Shown: positions 1-14,285, counted from the stretch's first letter. The stretch: 64,000 bases of DNA from Camelus ferus (GCF_009834535.1 NC_045696.1:73906001-73970000); one strand, 5' to 3'. Notes: a model not told the origin generated them from the letters alone. Made by a program: numbers and translations.

Positions 1-1013
1 TTGACTCCCTGCTCTTTCACCTTTTGTCTTCAAAATGAGGAAATTAACTCTCTTAACACTTTCTGCCACCTTCTTTTCCCCATTAAAAACTGGTGGTTTT
101 ATTATGTTAATATTACATTATTTGATTTTCAGTCTATTCAATGTTCTTAATTTATTACAAGTGTTTTGTCTTAGTTGTGTATTTAAGATGATTTAATGGT
201 CCTTAATGCAGCCACTTTTGCTCAGTTTATCTTTTTTTTAATTTTTCACTTCGATTCATCTTTTGATTAGTTGGGTACTATCCACAAATTGCTGTTTCAA
301 GAAGGGCCCATAATTACTGTGCTTTTAATTTCTCATATCCTTGCTTGCCAGTCTGGTTCCTTGCATTGCCCGCTTTGAGTTTCTGTTCCTTAAATCATAG
401 TATCAAATACTTTCTCTCACCCCTCCAACCCCAACTCCTTCCTTCTGGAGTCTTGTGTTTTCCAGTATGGACTGTTTTTCCACAGGCATACCTCCAACTG
501 TTAACTTAAGAATTCACTTTATTCCTTTACTGGGTCGATGCTCTATTTCCTACATCACATTATCTTCTTTTTAGCTTGGATTATTCCCTTATTTTGATGA
601 AATACTTTGTGTCTCTTTAAGAAGAGTCTATGGGAAGTGAACACTCTGAATCTGAAAATGTTTTTATTTATTCTCATGTTTGATGGTAATTTGGCTGGGT
701 AGAAGATTATGGGTTAAAAATAAATTCTCCACAGAATTTGGAAAGTATTGCCCTTTTATTTTCCAGCAGTGTTGTTGGTGAGTAATCTGATATTAAAATG
801 ATTTCCATTTTTTGTAGGTTACTTTTTTAATCTCTGTAAGCTTTTAGGGTTTTGTTTCATCTTTATGTAGCAGTTTTTAGTTTGGCAACTATATTAATCA
901 TATTTTGAATTTTCAGGTTATTTGCTTGTTGCTTTTTTGTAGTACATGGCCTTGTTTTAGGAATACAATATCATTTATCATTTATCATCTATGTATGTGT
1001 GTCCGTGTCTGTA

Positions 1014-1016
<3 letters not shown>

Positions 1017-1064
<48 letters not shown>
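1017..1064. repeat. (GT)n microsatellite
   Basis: About 24 perfect GT units. Confidence 0.97.
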
Positions 1065-1072
<8 letters not shown>

Positions 1073-1639
1073 TTAGTACTTTTCTTTTTTGTCCTGAATT
1101 ATCTGTTTCCTTTGGGATCTTTTTGTTTGTTTATCTTGATATCCCTTATATTATGTAAGTTTTCAGTAAATATCTGGTGGTCCTTGCATGTTCTTTATAT
1201 TTAAGAAAGAGGCAATAAAATATTGTTTGGAAACTATGAGAGAAGAATTATCAACTTGTGGAGAGTTAATCATTATACTTTCATTAAAAAGCAGATGCTT
1301 TTGCTCTGGGTTTATTATGCAATGATAAAAGTCATAATCGATAAAGAAAATAAAAGTTAAAGTACCAAACAACACAACAGCTAAGTATATAAAAGTGCAA
1401 ACTATTAAAAATGCAAGTAGATCTTGACCTTGATATACTGGGATACTTCAATATTGACTTCCTCAGAATTAGACAGCTCTAATAGACAAAAATAAAGATA
1501 TGAAGGATATAAATAATACAGTAAAAATAAAAGCATAGAGAGCATATATCCCTTACATAGAATATGTTCATAAAACATTTACAAAAGTAGATCATTTACT
1601 ATAACAGAATAAAAACCTTAAAACATTAAAAGGGAGTAA

Positions 1640-1985
1640 TAAACTTTAAAAACATCATGCTAAGTGAAATAAACTGGACACAGAAGGACAAATATTGTAT
1701 GGTTCCACTTGTATGAGATAACCTAGAAGAGTCAAATTCATAGAGACACAAAGTAGAATGGTGATTTCCCGGGGCTGAGGAGAAGGGAAATGGTGAATTA
1801 GTGTTTAATAAGTACAGAGTTTCAGTTTGGGAAGATGAAAAATTTCTGGAAATAGATGGTGCTGATGGTTGCATAACATGTGCATATGTTTAATGACACT
1901 GTATTTAATATATGCTGAAAAATGGTTAAAATGGTAAATTTTATGTTATATATATAATATATATATATTACCACAATTAAAAAAT
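1640..1985 (+). mobile_element. Old L1 (L1MB-like) 3' end
   Basis: aacatcatgctaagtgaaataa...cagaaggacaaatattgtatg...gtcaaattcatagagaca...A-rich end. Confidence 0.8.
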
Positions 1986-2067
1986 GAGTGATAGAAATTT
2001 TATAGGTTGATTCCCTGATCATAAACCAATAGAATTTATAATAAACCATTTAAAAAATTATCCTCCA

Positions 2068-2460
2068 TTATTATGGACTGAATGTTTGTGTGTTCCCATC
2101 CACTTAGCCCTTTCCCAGCCACCAAATTCATGTTGAAGCCCTAATCCCCAATGTGATGGTATTTAGAGGTGGGGCCTTTGGGAGGTAATTAGGTTTAGAT
2201 GAGGTCTTGATGGTGGGGCCCCCATGATGGGAATAGTGTCCTTATAAGGAGAGGAAGAGAGACCAGGGCTCTTTCTCTCTGCCATGTGAGGACACAGTGA
2301 GAAGGCAGTCATCTGCAAGTCAGGAAGAGACATTTCTCCGGAATTGAATTCGCTGGCACCTGGATCTTGGCCCTCCCATCCTCCAGAACTGTGAGAAATA
2401 AATTTCTGTTGTTTCTGCCACCCAGTCTATGGTATTTTGTTATGAAAGTTGACTAAGACA
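2068..2460 (+). mobile_element. MaLR solo LTR (MLT1A-like)
   Basis: tatggactgaatgtt...gaagccctaatccccaatgtgatggtatt...agaactgtgagaaataaatttctg...gactaagaca. Confidence 0.85.
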
Positions 2461-2648
2461 TCAATCTTAAATTCTTAGGTAAGTTTCTCAGGAATATATT
2501 CCTGGATAGCAGAAAGAAATTGAAAGGAAAAGGTCATTCTTTTAGAAAACAATAAAGAAGACTGCTTCATATCCATTTCCGTGGGTAAGAACGAAAAATC
2601 TGTCTTAGATAAAACTTATAGTCTTAAATGCCTTCATTTTTAAATCAG

Positions 2649-3025
2649 TGTCTTAGTCAGCTTGGATTGCTATTTAAGAATAACATAGACTGAGTGACTT
2701 CAAAAAAACAAACATTTAGTTCTCACAATTCTGAAGGCTGGAAGTTGAGATCAGGCTGCCACCATGTTTGGATACTGATGAGAGCCCTCTTCCTGACTTG
2801 TAGATGGCTGCCTTCTAGCTGTGTTCTTACGTGGCAGAGAAAGAGTGAGCTCTGGTATCTCTTCCTCTTCTTATAAGGACACTAATCCCATCATGAGGGT
2901 ACTATCTTCATGTCCTAATTTAAATCTATCTACCTCCCAAAGGCCCCACCTCCAGATAACATCACATTGGGAGTTAGGGCTTCAATATATGAGTTTGAGG
3001 GTGACATAAACATTTAGTTCATGAA
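2649..3025 (-). mobile_element. MaLR solo LTR (MLT1-like)
   Basis: tgtcttagtc...ttctcacaattctgaaggctggaag...cttataaggacactaatccc...acattgggagttagggcttcaa. Confidence 0.85.
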
Positions 3026-3144
3026 AATCAGTAAGACAAAAAGTAAAGAAATGAAGAACTCCTCTAATAAATTAAAAAAAATAAAAGTTAAAATAAAAAC
3101 TGAAATTAATGAAATAAAAAGCAAAAAATACACATTTATTATTA

Positions 3145-3460
3145 CAGTTGACCTTGAACAGTGCGAGCGTTAGGGGCGCTAGTCCCCTCAGATTTGAGTA
3201 CTGCTATCTCTGCCTCAAGAATCAGGAACTGATAAGTGACTCACCCAAGGACAGGAAGCTGTGAAACAGTTTGGATAGAATCAGGACTCAAACCCTAGTT
3301 CTTTTGATTCCACATATTGTGATCTTTAGTTGAACATAGACTTTTCCCCACACTTAGTTAAAGATCTGTAAAATGAAAATATAGGTACTATATTTATTGA
3401 AAAAAAATCCAGGAATAAGTGGACCTATAGTTCAAACCCGTGTTGTTCAAGGGTCAACTA
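3145..3460. mobile_element. Tigger2-like (TcMar) internally deleted DNA transposon
   Basis: Terminal inverted repeats cagttgaccttgaaca... and ...tgttcaagggtcaacta, flanked by TA at 3143-3144 and 3461-3462. Confidence 0.8.
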
Positions 3461-4302
3461 TATTTAGTAAGTTTAATAAAATAAAGGACATAACAAATGA
3501 TTAAATTAGTATTTATTTTATTTCTTTTTAAATTAAATATTCAAATATTTCTTCTGCACTTCAGCTGGATGGTGTTGTGCACCTCCTGAGTTGTAACCCC
3601 AATTTTGGGAACCGCAGCTCAAGACTCTAAGGAAGCATATTTTTGTATTGTTGAGCTTTTACATTGCTTTGAGGGATGACATATTCTAATGGTCCTGAGA
3701 ATTTATGTTGTAATTTACTAAAGTTTGTTTGTTTGCTTTGAATTTACAATGTTTTGTTTCTACTCAAGGTTCTAATTCAAAGACACAAAATACAGTAGAA
3801 AATAGGTAGTAAGCAAATGGGAGTTATTCTGTTGTGTTAAGGTTAGCCTAAGTCTACTGGTTTTGAATAGGAGTTTAGGGAGAAGCTATTATGCCTGGTG
3901 TTCAGCTACTTTTCAAGTTTATGGTTCATGCTCTGTTTGTATTTCATCTTGTTGCTATGCTTTTGTTTGCTTTAGCTATCTTGTGATATAATTATGGAAT
4001 AGAATCTCATTTCCTCCGTTTAATTACTGCTGTATGAAAAAAAGCATTTTAGCAATGACCCTGCTAAAGCTGTAAATTTGAGAGATTTCTATTCTCTTTT
4101 AATATGGTGCTAATTTTCCCACAGTAATCTCTAAATCACAATACTATTTTACAAGACTTAAAAGATCAGTAGATTTTAGAAGTTCAAATGGCTATTGAAA
4201 CAAGCAAATAAATGAAGATTTAATTTTCTTTTGATTTTAGATCTTTTAATATGGTAAAAACTTAGTAGGACTTTGGTTAATCATAGCACTTAATATTTAC
4301 AG

Positions 4303-4422
4303 TTGTCAAAGCTGCAGAATGAAAAGTCAAGCTTGCAAGATCAGCAACGTGACTATGAAGATCGAATTAATGCTATGACTTCTCATTTCAAAAATGTCAA
4401 ACAAGAGTTCTTATTTACACAG
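4303..4422 (+). CDS. CCDC39: CCDC39 coding exon 2 ([10 protein letters not shown]...[11 protein letters not shown])
   Basis: ag|TTG...CAG|gtataa; 120 bp; matches recalled human CCDC39 (LSKLKDERAS...NVKQELSITQ). Confidence 0.95.
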
Positions 4423-6071
4423 GTATAATAATGTTGAAATCCACATTGATTATATATCATGTATAATCATGGAACATTTCACATTACATTTACATCTATG
4501 ATTTGGTTTTAGAGATATAAAAGAAAACTTTAGCATAACTAAATGATTATGAACATAGCCTTGAACCTGAAAGTAGGTAGAAAAAAATACTTTTAGGATA
4601 TCACCAAGTTCATGGAATAATTAATTCATTGAATGAGAAATCATCATTCATATAGTCTGATATAATACTAGGCAGCAGATTATATGAAAAGGTACAGTGA
4701 TGGTAGTGAGCAATGATGGCTTTAAGTGGGAAAAGACCTAATATAACACGTAATAGATTTTTTGTCTATATTTAAATTTTTCAGCATAATCCCCTGGGGC
4801 CATTTTGTGTGGAGGCAGAGTCCACACACTTGAGTAGCTCTTAGGACACCACGGTATTTTAACATGGCTTAAGAATTGAAATTTATAATGACAATCCTGA
4901 GATAACAGAAAGGTTAAATTATATTTAGGAAACTATTTAAGGTAACTGGGGAAAGTATAATGCATTTTAGAAATATTAATACAAATAATATAAATTAAAA
5001 CTTAGAGTGATTAATTAAGTAAGCATCTGTTTTATGGATAATCTGTTCATGTGTAGAAGCTCTTTCTTTGTTGCTGCCCAGGAAATCAGACAGCTCTGCA
5101 AGTAAGCATTGGAGAGTTTTCTAACTTCCATCTCAAACTATTTTTTAAAAAATACATCTACTTTTCTTTGAAGAATTGTGTAATTCTTGAAAATAAAGTT
5201 GTGTTTTTAATAATAATTTATAATTAATATAGATAAATAACTTTTATGGTTTTTAAAGTCTTATTTAAAGTTATAAATTTAATGACCTTTAAAAAAACAA
5301 TCTCAGGATTTTTTAATCCTGATGTGATTTAGTAATTAAAAATGGCTTGGAATAACATGTTTTCCTCAAGTTGTTAAACCACTGAGTTGGGGATTTGAGA
5401 GACAGAGATTCTCGTTAGGTATATTTCATTATAGTCAAACCTCAGTTAAACAGGATTATAGAGACAAAAGATGATAGACTTCCTACAACAGTAACAGCTT
5501 TAATAATGTAAAAATAATACTGATGGTAATAACTTTGAAGCCCTACAAGATCAGTAGTCAACAAATACAATTTTTTTAAGTAAAACTTAACACAAAAGCA
5601 TTATTGTATATTAATATATTCTAGGAAATATTTACAACCATAAGTGTTTACAAAATTATTTAAAAATTATGTTTGCTAATTAGAATGTGAAATCAATTCA
5701 TACATTTTATTTCCTAAGTATTTTTTAATCAATTTCATTTTTATTTTTAGATAAGTGAATTATCTTTTCAGGTCTCATCTTTATATACTTTGTTTTCCTG
5801 CAGTTTCCCTAGACCAACATAATATCTGAAAATTGCTGACATTTTTTTCCCAGCACATTCCACAAACTGACTTTTTTACAACTAGTAAGCAACAATGACC
5901 ACACTGAATCACGAAGTCTGATGTGGTGTGGGTTTCAGAGAAGTGGAATTAATAGCACTTAATCTATACATTTTGTAGGAACTTTATTATCTTTTTGTTT
6001 AATGGATTATTATAAATATTTTATAATATTAAAACTTTAAAAGTCTTTCTGTCCTGTATATTATTCTGTAG

Positions 6072-6218
6072 TCTCTTTGTAAAGCCAGGGAGCATGAGAT
6101 TGAAAGCGAAGAACATTTTAAGATTATTGCTGAAAGAGAACTGGGACGAGTGAAGGGTGAAGTTCAGCGACTGGAAAATGAGATGGCTTCAATACGGGAA
6201 AAGAAAAGTGATAAGGAA
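6072..6218 (+). CDS. CCDC39: CCDC39 exon 3 ([17 protein letters not shown]...KKSDKE)
   Basis: ag|TCT...GAA|gtatgt; 147 bp, phase 0/0. Confidence 0.96.
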
Positions 6219-6677
6219 GTATGTTTCAAAATGTTACTTAAATTTTGTGCTATTGTTCCTTCTTCTCTCACCCAATAAACATCGATTTTTTTTTTTTTTC
6301 TGTATGGCAAAGGCATTCATTAGTTTCCTGACATCCACTTATGTTGTTTTATGGACAGTGGAAGTCACATGGAGCTGTGATTTGAATCAACAATGACAGA
6401 ATATTACATTTATTTTCACAATTTTCATTTACCAAATACTCATTGAGCCTTATTATGTGCAAAGTACCATGCTGGCCGCCTGTTATGCCATATTAGGCAT
6501 AATTTATTTAAAATTCTACATTTTTTAAAGCTACATTAAAAAATCACTTATTTTAGAATTCTTTTTCAGTTAAAATTTTTACCTTTCATATTACCAGCTT
6601 GTAACTCTAATATTAAACTACCATAACCTATTTTTCTCTTTTCCTTAGTTTTTAATTACCTAATTGGGAGGTCTTTC

Positions 6678-6735
6678 CAAATTTGATTTCTTCTCTTTAC
6701 ATATGCAAATTTGATTTTCTTCTCTTTACAAAATG
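6678..6735. repeat. Local tandem duplication (~28-30 bp unit, 2 copies)
   Basis: caaatttgatttcttctctttacatatg followed by caaatttgattttcttctctttacaaaatg. Confidence 0.85.
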
Positions 6736-7318
6736 TATATATATGTATACATACACATACATAAATATCTTATATTAATTTTTGAATATTGACCTATTTT
6801 TTTTTATGAATCTAGATTTGTTAAATGAATACATTGACAGAAATAGTTTATCTCTTTAACTACTACATTTATTTCAATTAGATAAGAGGCCTTTTAGAGG
6901 CAGCAATCTGGTTGGAAATGGGGCTGAAAGGGACTTGTCTTGGGTTTGAGTTAGCATATCAAGCACGTTATTTTTACTAAGATTATGTACCTACTTGTCG
7001 TGGCTTTGGTGAAGTGACTTATGAGATTGCTCTAGAGGAGCTACCCTAAAGCCTTTCTAAGCAAACTTTGGTTCAACTACTGTTCTCAACTTTGTGTAAT
7101 CATCTCCCCTCTATTTCACAACTTAAGAACTAAAATATAAATATGATAGTTACACAATTAAATATGGTATGTTATATACATCTGGAGATCAGGGACAGGG
7201 ACGGGGTTTCTTTCTTCCTTTTAAATATGTTCTGTAATATGTAATCTTATGTTTAATTTTAGTTTGTATAGTAAGTAAGGTTTTGTAATCTTCCCTGCCC
7301 CCTCTCTTTGGAAATTAG

Positions 7319-7477
7319 AATTATATATTTAAAACTACTCAAAAATTGGATGGTTTGAAATGTCAAATGAACTGGGACCAGCAAGCATTGGAGGCCTGGC
7401 TGGAAGAATCAGCTCGTAAAGACAGTGATGCCCTCACTCTTCAGAAGTACGCAAAACAAGATGATAATAAAATTAGG
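7319..7477 (+). CDS. CCDC39: CCDC39 exon 4 ([31 protein letters not shown]...DDNKIR)
   Basis: ag|AAT...AGG|gtgaga; 159 bp. Confidence 0.96.
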
Positions 7478-8258
7478 GTGAGATATTGTAAATTAAAAAT
7501 ACTAGATTTTCTCTGAATCTGTAATAATATCAACCATTTTTAAAATCTGAGTTGGACTTTTAATTTTAAAGTAGTTCTCAAAATTTTGGGGGTCTATTAA
7601 AGTCAGGTATCCTCTCTCTAGAAAAATGAATATGCTCAAATACTCACAAAATTTTGCAAGTTTTACTAATCCTTTGAAGCTCTTTGACCATTTAGGGATC
7701 TAGGGACTTCAGGTTAAGAATCCTGATTGAGAAGTTTTTTCAAAAGCATTTCAGAAAAGAAAGTTTTGTACTAGGACTATGGATAAGTATTTTAACTTCT
7801 CTTGTGTAATAGTTTGAATGTTACAGATAGTTTTTGCTGATTTGAGACCATAGTGCTATAGATTACATAATATATTATTATGACCATTACTTAAATATCT
7901 ACTTATAATTAAATCTGGTAGTACTTTAGTTATCATGAAACATACTATTTTCTAATAGATTTAATACCACAGGCATTATTTAAAATAATTGTAAATGGCA
8001 AATTATTGTTTAATCCCTTTTCTAACTTTAAAAAGTACTAAAGGTCTTTTTAGAAACAATTGAGTTTTCATTGCAACATTTTGCAGTTAAAAGATGAATA
8101 TATATATATATGTTATTTTGTAGTTGTTTTAGATATCAAATAAATGAATATATATACTATAATATGACTTATAATATCACTTAATGTGAGATATACTAAC
8201 ATCTTTTATGTTAATGAAATGATAATTATGAATATTTTTGTGTGTAACTACATCATAG

Positions 8259-8351
8259 GCACTGACCCTGCAGTTAGAAAGACTGACTGTGGAATGTAAT
8301 CAGAGAAGAAAGGTACTTGACAACGAACTTGCAGAGACTCTAAGTGTGCAG
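8259..8351 (+). CDS. CCDC39: CCDC39 exon 5 ([10 protein letters not shown]...ETLSVQ)
   Basis: ag|GCA...CAG|gttggt; 93 bp. Confidence 0.95.
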
Positions 8352-8446
8352 GTTGGTTTAGTAAAGATTTTTATTTCTTAGTTGTCAAGGTGATGTTTGC
8401 AAAAGCACTTAAATTCACAGAAATGTTATTTGCTCTTATTTGACAG

Positions 8447-8575
8447 TTAGAATTGGATAAAGCAGCACAAGATTTTCGTAAGATTCATAATGAAAGGCAA
8501 GAACTCATTAAACAGTGGGAGAATACAATAGAACAGATGCAGAAGAGAGATCGAGACATCGATAACTGTGCCTTG
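8447..8575 (+). CDS. CCDC39: CCDC39 exon 6 ([14 protein letters not shown]...IDNCAL)
   Basis: ag|TTA...TTG|gtaaag; 129 bp; preceded by a 95-bp intron. Confidence 0.96.
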
Positions 8576-11423
8576 GTAAAGTAATTGGTCGTTGCAGTGT
8601 TCAGCTATATTTATCTCTTTTGTATTTAACTCATTCATTTCAAATGTAAATCACCCTATTTGAAAGTCACTTTTGTAGCATGATTCAGTGGTTTTGGTAA
8701 ATGTTTTTTTACAGTTGACTTTGTATCCATTTAGAAATGTGATTTTTATGAAGATTAGTTACTTAATATATATTATGCTGAAGACTCTGAAATGTGGGAC
8801 AAGAGAAAATCAACAGATAGTGTTACTGCAGTAAAACCAATGCCCTGACTTATACACGGTTGTCCAGGGTGCCTTGGATTTAACATGTGTGCTAATGACA
8901 GGTGTAGGGAAATGAGCCTCATGGATAGCCAATAAAGAAGGAAGGAGAGTAGGAAAGAAACCTAGACTGCAGCTTCCCCTTCTGAACCTGCGGCACCCAT
9001 CGTGGATTAGAAGCTCTGAAGGGGAAGAACACCACTCTGATTAAACACAGACCTCGTGTTATTTTTTGCTACTTCCAGAGATAATTTAGGAGAACTTTTG
9101 GGGGAATCATTAAAGAATAAAATAGTGGTGAGTGAAAATTAGAGAAGATTGGAGAAAGTTGGGAAGGAGAAGGAGTTGAGGAGGAAAGAAGGCAGGTGAG
9201 ACAATGTGCTGACTTCCATTCTGAATATACTCCATGGAAAGGCATTTGGCAAGCAGTTCAGGCACTAGGAGTTTGGAATTCTGATTTCTTGATGTGGTTT
9301 ACTTGTTATATGTAACTTATATGTAAAATGTTACTCTTTTAATATAAATTTCTGTAAGTAATAAATATTTTAGCAGCAAGATGGCCTGTGCCTCCCTAGG
9401 AGGGACATGGAAGAACCAATCTTAACTATGAGTTCCTTTGAATTCTTAATGCTGATGTTAGTTTCTTTTTCTTGACTTTTTATTGCTTTCAAACATCAAG
9501 TCCTGATTGCTTCCTTTATGTAAATCAGATGTGTCAGATCCAAGATCGCAGATCCATAATTGAATTCTCATACAACCATGCAGCTAAACTGACTCAGCCT
9601 GCTGATTTGGTGGAATCCACAGCTTATAGCTCCCTGGTCATGTTCACAGTGGTTCCTTATTTATGAAGTGACATCTGGCAGTGTGTATTGATGGAGACTA
9701 GAGAGAGTGCTAAGAAGAGGCTCCATAGGTAGGGGGATGTATTTAAGGACTGGCTCCTGATTTGTAGCATTTCTGATGTCTGGTGAAACTACTTCTATAC
9801 CAACTTGATTCCACTGATCACAGAGTTGAGAAGAGGTGTGTAAGTCAGTTCTGGTGAGCCAGTGAGAGCCATTTCACACCACTAGAGGATTTAATCTGAG
9901 ACTGGACCCTTTTGTTCTTCGTCCTCCAAAATAGTTCCTGCCTTCTCAGTGCCTTCTTGGCAGGAATCTGACCATATGATCCTGAAATTGGCTTCTTAGA
10001 ATAAACTTCTACATTATTTAGGAAAGGAAAAAATATTTGTCTATTATAGTTCTAGTCTAGTGTAGACATTTTGGGATGCTACTTACAAGCATCACCTATA
10101 CGAAAACAATTGTAAATACATTACACCGGTAAGAAACGTGAATCTTGAAGTAGATATTAAAGCATGTGATTAAGTGATAGAAAAGTTAATTATAAGTCAG
10201 GAAATTCTAGAATAATCGTTTGACATATATAAACTTGGGAAGTTTTGACCTGTCCTTTGGTTGAATGAACACAGTAGATATATGTAGAATGCTGCAATTA
10301 TAGAATGTTAATTGTTATGGAGATGGGAATACTAGATTAAACAAATTTAAAATGTGTCTAAAAATGCAGTGCATCTCAGATATATTTTGGCTTAATATGC
10401 CAATATGTACAATACTACACACAGCATTTCTAAAACTTACTGATTTCAGAACACATCCCCTCCCCTGAACCAGTCTCCTGGGATTAGTTGTTTGGTGGGA
10501 CCCTATTTCAGAAAACTTGAAAGAAATATATTTTAGGGTCAATTTTCCTTCTCCATCTAGTTCATCTAACATATTGCCATCAGAATCACCTGTAAAAACC
10601 ATATATGGTCTTTTAATTCCACAACTCTAAAATCTTCTTTGTTCCACATTGCTTAAAAGTTGACCCTCTTTAACATGGTAATTGAAAAATTGAATTTCTT
10701 GACAGTTTGGCCCTAACTTCTACCTTTCCAGCCCCAACCCTTTCATCTGTACCCACCCCTTCTTAATGTATCCCTGTTCCATCCCTGCCCTCCCCTGCTA
10801 CACTTTAACCACACGAGAGGATTTATGCAGCCCCATTTATCTTTTTAGGCCTGACTCAAGCAAAGCCTTTTAGGTAATGCCTTTTAATGATTTCTCTTGT
10901 GTAGACTTCATCACCTCTTTGATCCCATAGTGCTTTGTCCACACCTCAGTTACTACTTTGTATATTCTAGTTATTTTGTATTCCCAAGACCAGCAAAAAG
11001 CCTGAGTGAAGGCATTCCTATTGAAACTAGTAGCAAAAATACTATTCTCAAAAAATGAAAAAAGCTGGTCTTGTGAAATATTTGGAAAATATTGAAATCC
11101 AGCTTTCTATGTGAAAACTATTCAGTACTTTTATATTTTTAGATGTCATCTTCCATTGATAAAAGGTTGATATTTTTCTTATTCTTTAGCAAAGTACCAG
11201 ATGGATGAAAGAAAACAGAGAGGCCTTTAAAAATAAGAACTTATAGGTATTATTGTCTAGTATATTAATATTGTGCTTTATTAATATAAAATAGTCTCCC
11301 TGTAAAAAAATTTTCTGAGAAGTTTTGGTAAAATAAATTTTGACTATTAAAAAAACTAAATTCTTCTTAGTTTTAGTTTTGTTCATCATATTAACTATAT
11401 TTAACACATTTTTTAAATCCTAG

Positions 11424-11615
11424 GCATTAGCAAGGATAAAGCAGGAAATAAGAGAAAAAGAAAATTTGGTTAAGGAAAAGATCAAGTTTTTGGAAAGTGA
11501 GATTGGGAATAATGCAGAGTATGAGAAAAAAATTTCTGTTGCTGATCGTAAAGTTTTAAAATGTAGAATGGAATATCAGCGTCATGAAGCTAACAGAATT
11601 CAGCTGAAAGATGAG
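11424..11615 (+). CDS. CCDC39: CCDC39 exon 7 ([19 protein letters not shown]...IQLKDE)
   Basis: ag|GCA...GAG|gtatgt; 192 bp; overlaps ORF 11466..11801. Confidence 0.96.
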
Positions 11616-12509
11616 GTATGTCAACAAAAAAGACTAATTTGTGTGTTTATGACAAATTACTATACAAATAACCATAAAGACTTTCCTTTGATTAAGGAAC
11701 TGCCTTCTAGTTCTTTTTGTGGAACTTCCTTGGGATACTCTAATGAGACCTTGGTTGGTGAAGGCAACAGGTGGGTGTCATTCACATCACAGGTGGCGTG
11801 ACGGGCTCCCCCTGGAGTTGTGCAATGCCCAACTTGCCTGCCACGCTTATAAGTGACCTAAGGCAGAAGGCTCCTGAAGGGTCTAGACTGCAAATCGTAA
11901 TTATCAGATAGTTGGCAAACGCGCAAATGTGAAGGTGAATTATTGACATTGGTGATAACTAGCAATGTCCTTCCAGTGCTACATATGTATGGTGGTTTTA
12001 ACTCTCAGATTCTAGGTGGAGCTACCTGCTTAAGTTCAGTTTCTCATCTTGGTAAGGGAAAATATTCTAGTGTGGTAGTGGGACAATATAGTGGTAAAAT
12101 ACCTTGAAACAGGCTAAGAGAGAATGAAACTTCTCCTGCTTTGTTCTTTTTTTTTTTTTTGAGCATACATGCCAAAAGATTATTCAATAGGGAGAGTTAG
12201 CAGTCCCTTAGTTAGCAATAAAGGGATCTTTATGAAATTTGTGCCTTGAGGCCATGTTATCTGAAGTTATTGCTATTAGGTGGGAAATTGGAATATTGCA
12301 GAGCATTCTATTCTATAAGTTGTTATACTTTTTATTTCTGATAAAGAAGGAAAGATTTTTTTTCTGTCCAAAGAGAATAAGTACGATCCTAAAAAGTAAA
12401 ATAAGTGAATTTCTTGCATAAATTCAATGTCACTCCTAATAGCTCATTCTTAAAAATTATGAAGTTTAAACCAATTGCTGAAAAGAATTCCTTCATTTGT
12501 AATTTGTTT

Positions 12510-13945
12510 ATTGAGATAGAATTCACATATCATAATACACCCTTTTAAAGTGTACAATTCAATGGTTTTTAGTACTTCACAGAATTGTGAAACCATCACC
12601 ACCATCTAATTTTAGAATATTTTTGTCTTTCACAAAGAAGCCCCATTAGCAATCACTTTCCTTTCCCTCCTCTAACCAGGCCCTGGCAACTACTGATCTA
12701 CTTTCTGTCGCTATGGATTTGCCTATTTTGGACATTTTATATAAGTGACATCATATAATATGGTGCCTTTTTTGTCAGGTTACTTTCATAATGTTTTCAA
12801 GGTTCATCTGTGTTACAGCATGTATCAGTACTTCATTTCTTTTTCTCAAATTTTTTTTTTTATTGTGGTGAATACATGTAGCTTACAATTACCATCTTAA
12901 CTGTTTTTAAGTGTACAGTTCAGTGGTATTAAATACACTCCTAATATTGTGCAGCTATCACCAACACCCATCCTCATAGCTCTTTTCTTGTAAAGCTGAA
13001 ACTCTGTACTGTTAAACAATGACTTCCCATCTTTTCCTCCCTGCAGCCCCTGGAAACCACCATTCTACTTTCTGTCTCGATAATTTAGACTACTCTAAGT
13101 ACCTCATATAAACGGAATCATTAAATATTGGTCTTTTTGTGACTGGCCTATTTCACTTATTTTACTTAGTAGAACGTCCTCAAGGGTCATGCATGGTATA
13201 GCATATGTCAAAATTCAGTTCCTTTTTAAGGATAAATTCTATTCTATTGTATGTACCTGCCACATTTTGCTTTTCCATTCATCTGTTGAGACCTTGGGTT
13301 GCTTCCATGTTTTAGATATTGTGAATAATGCTGCTATAAACATGGTTGTATAGTTGTCTCAGAATTGTTGGATCGTATGGTAATCATATTTTTAAGACTT
13401 TGAGGAACTGTCATATTGTTTTCCACAGTGGCTATACCATTTTACATCTCCACTAACAGTGCACAAGGGTTCCAGTTTCACCACATCATCATCAACACTC
13501 GTTATTTTGGGGTTTTTTTGATTGTAGCTATCCTAATGGGTGTGAGGTACTACTTCATTGTAGTTTTGAGTTGCATTTCCCTAGTGGTTACTGATGAGCA
13601 CCTTTTCATGTGCATATTTGCCTTTTGTATCCCTTCTCTAGAGAAATATCTCTTCAAGTCCTTTGTCCATTTTTGAATTAGGCTGCTTTTTTTTGTTGTT
13701 GTTGTTGTTGAGTTTAATTAGTTCTGTATATATTCTGGATATTAGTCCTTTATCAGATATATAATTTGCAAATATTTTTTCCCATTCTACGCGTTGCCTT
13801 TTTGCATTGTTGTTATTGTCTTTGAGGCACAGAAGTTTTTAATTTTGATGAAGTCCAATTTGCCTGTTTTTTCTTTTGTTGCCTGTGCCTTTGGTATCAT
13901 ATCCAAGAAATCATTACCAAATACAGTGTTGTGAAGCTTTTGCTG
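12510..13945 (-). mobile_element. Two adjacent or nested old L1 (L1MB-like) 3' fragments
   Basis: Two L1 3'-end starts (~12510 and ~12855), each with 'tttaagtgtaca...cagtgg/caatgg'-type motifs, followed by antisense ORF2 C-terminal sequence. Confidence 0.8.
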
Positions 13946-14181
13946 TATGTACCTTTAACTTATATGTGTAGATTTCTATAGTATCATACAAGTCATTTAA
14001 AATTTAGTATCAGATCAAAAAGAAAAATTGTTAAATATGTATTGCAGCAACATGGTTACTTTATTTGTGGGTGTGATGTAGCCTAGAAATCAAGGTGTTC
14101 AGAACAGAACTTCTCAGAAAAGAAATTAATTTATAAGATATAAAGTAAATATGTAATTTCTGTCTATTAACTAATAAATAG

Positions 14182-14285
14182 CTGGATTCTTTAAAAGCCA
14201 CTGTGAATAGAAGTTCCAGTGATTTAGAAGCTCTGAGGAAAAATATTTCCAAAATAAAAAAGGACATTAGTGAAGAAACAACAAG
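14182..14285 (+). CDS. CCDC39: CCDC39 exon 8 ([20 protein letters not shown]...EETT)
   Basis: ag|CTG...AG|gtaaga; 104 bp, ends phase 2. Confidence 0.95.

Noticed and set aside
905..1204. 99-aa ORF with CVCVCV repeats (and similar ORFs at 38459-38845 and 59866-60198)
   Set aside because: These are translations of dinucleotide microsatellites, not genes.
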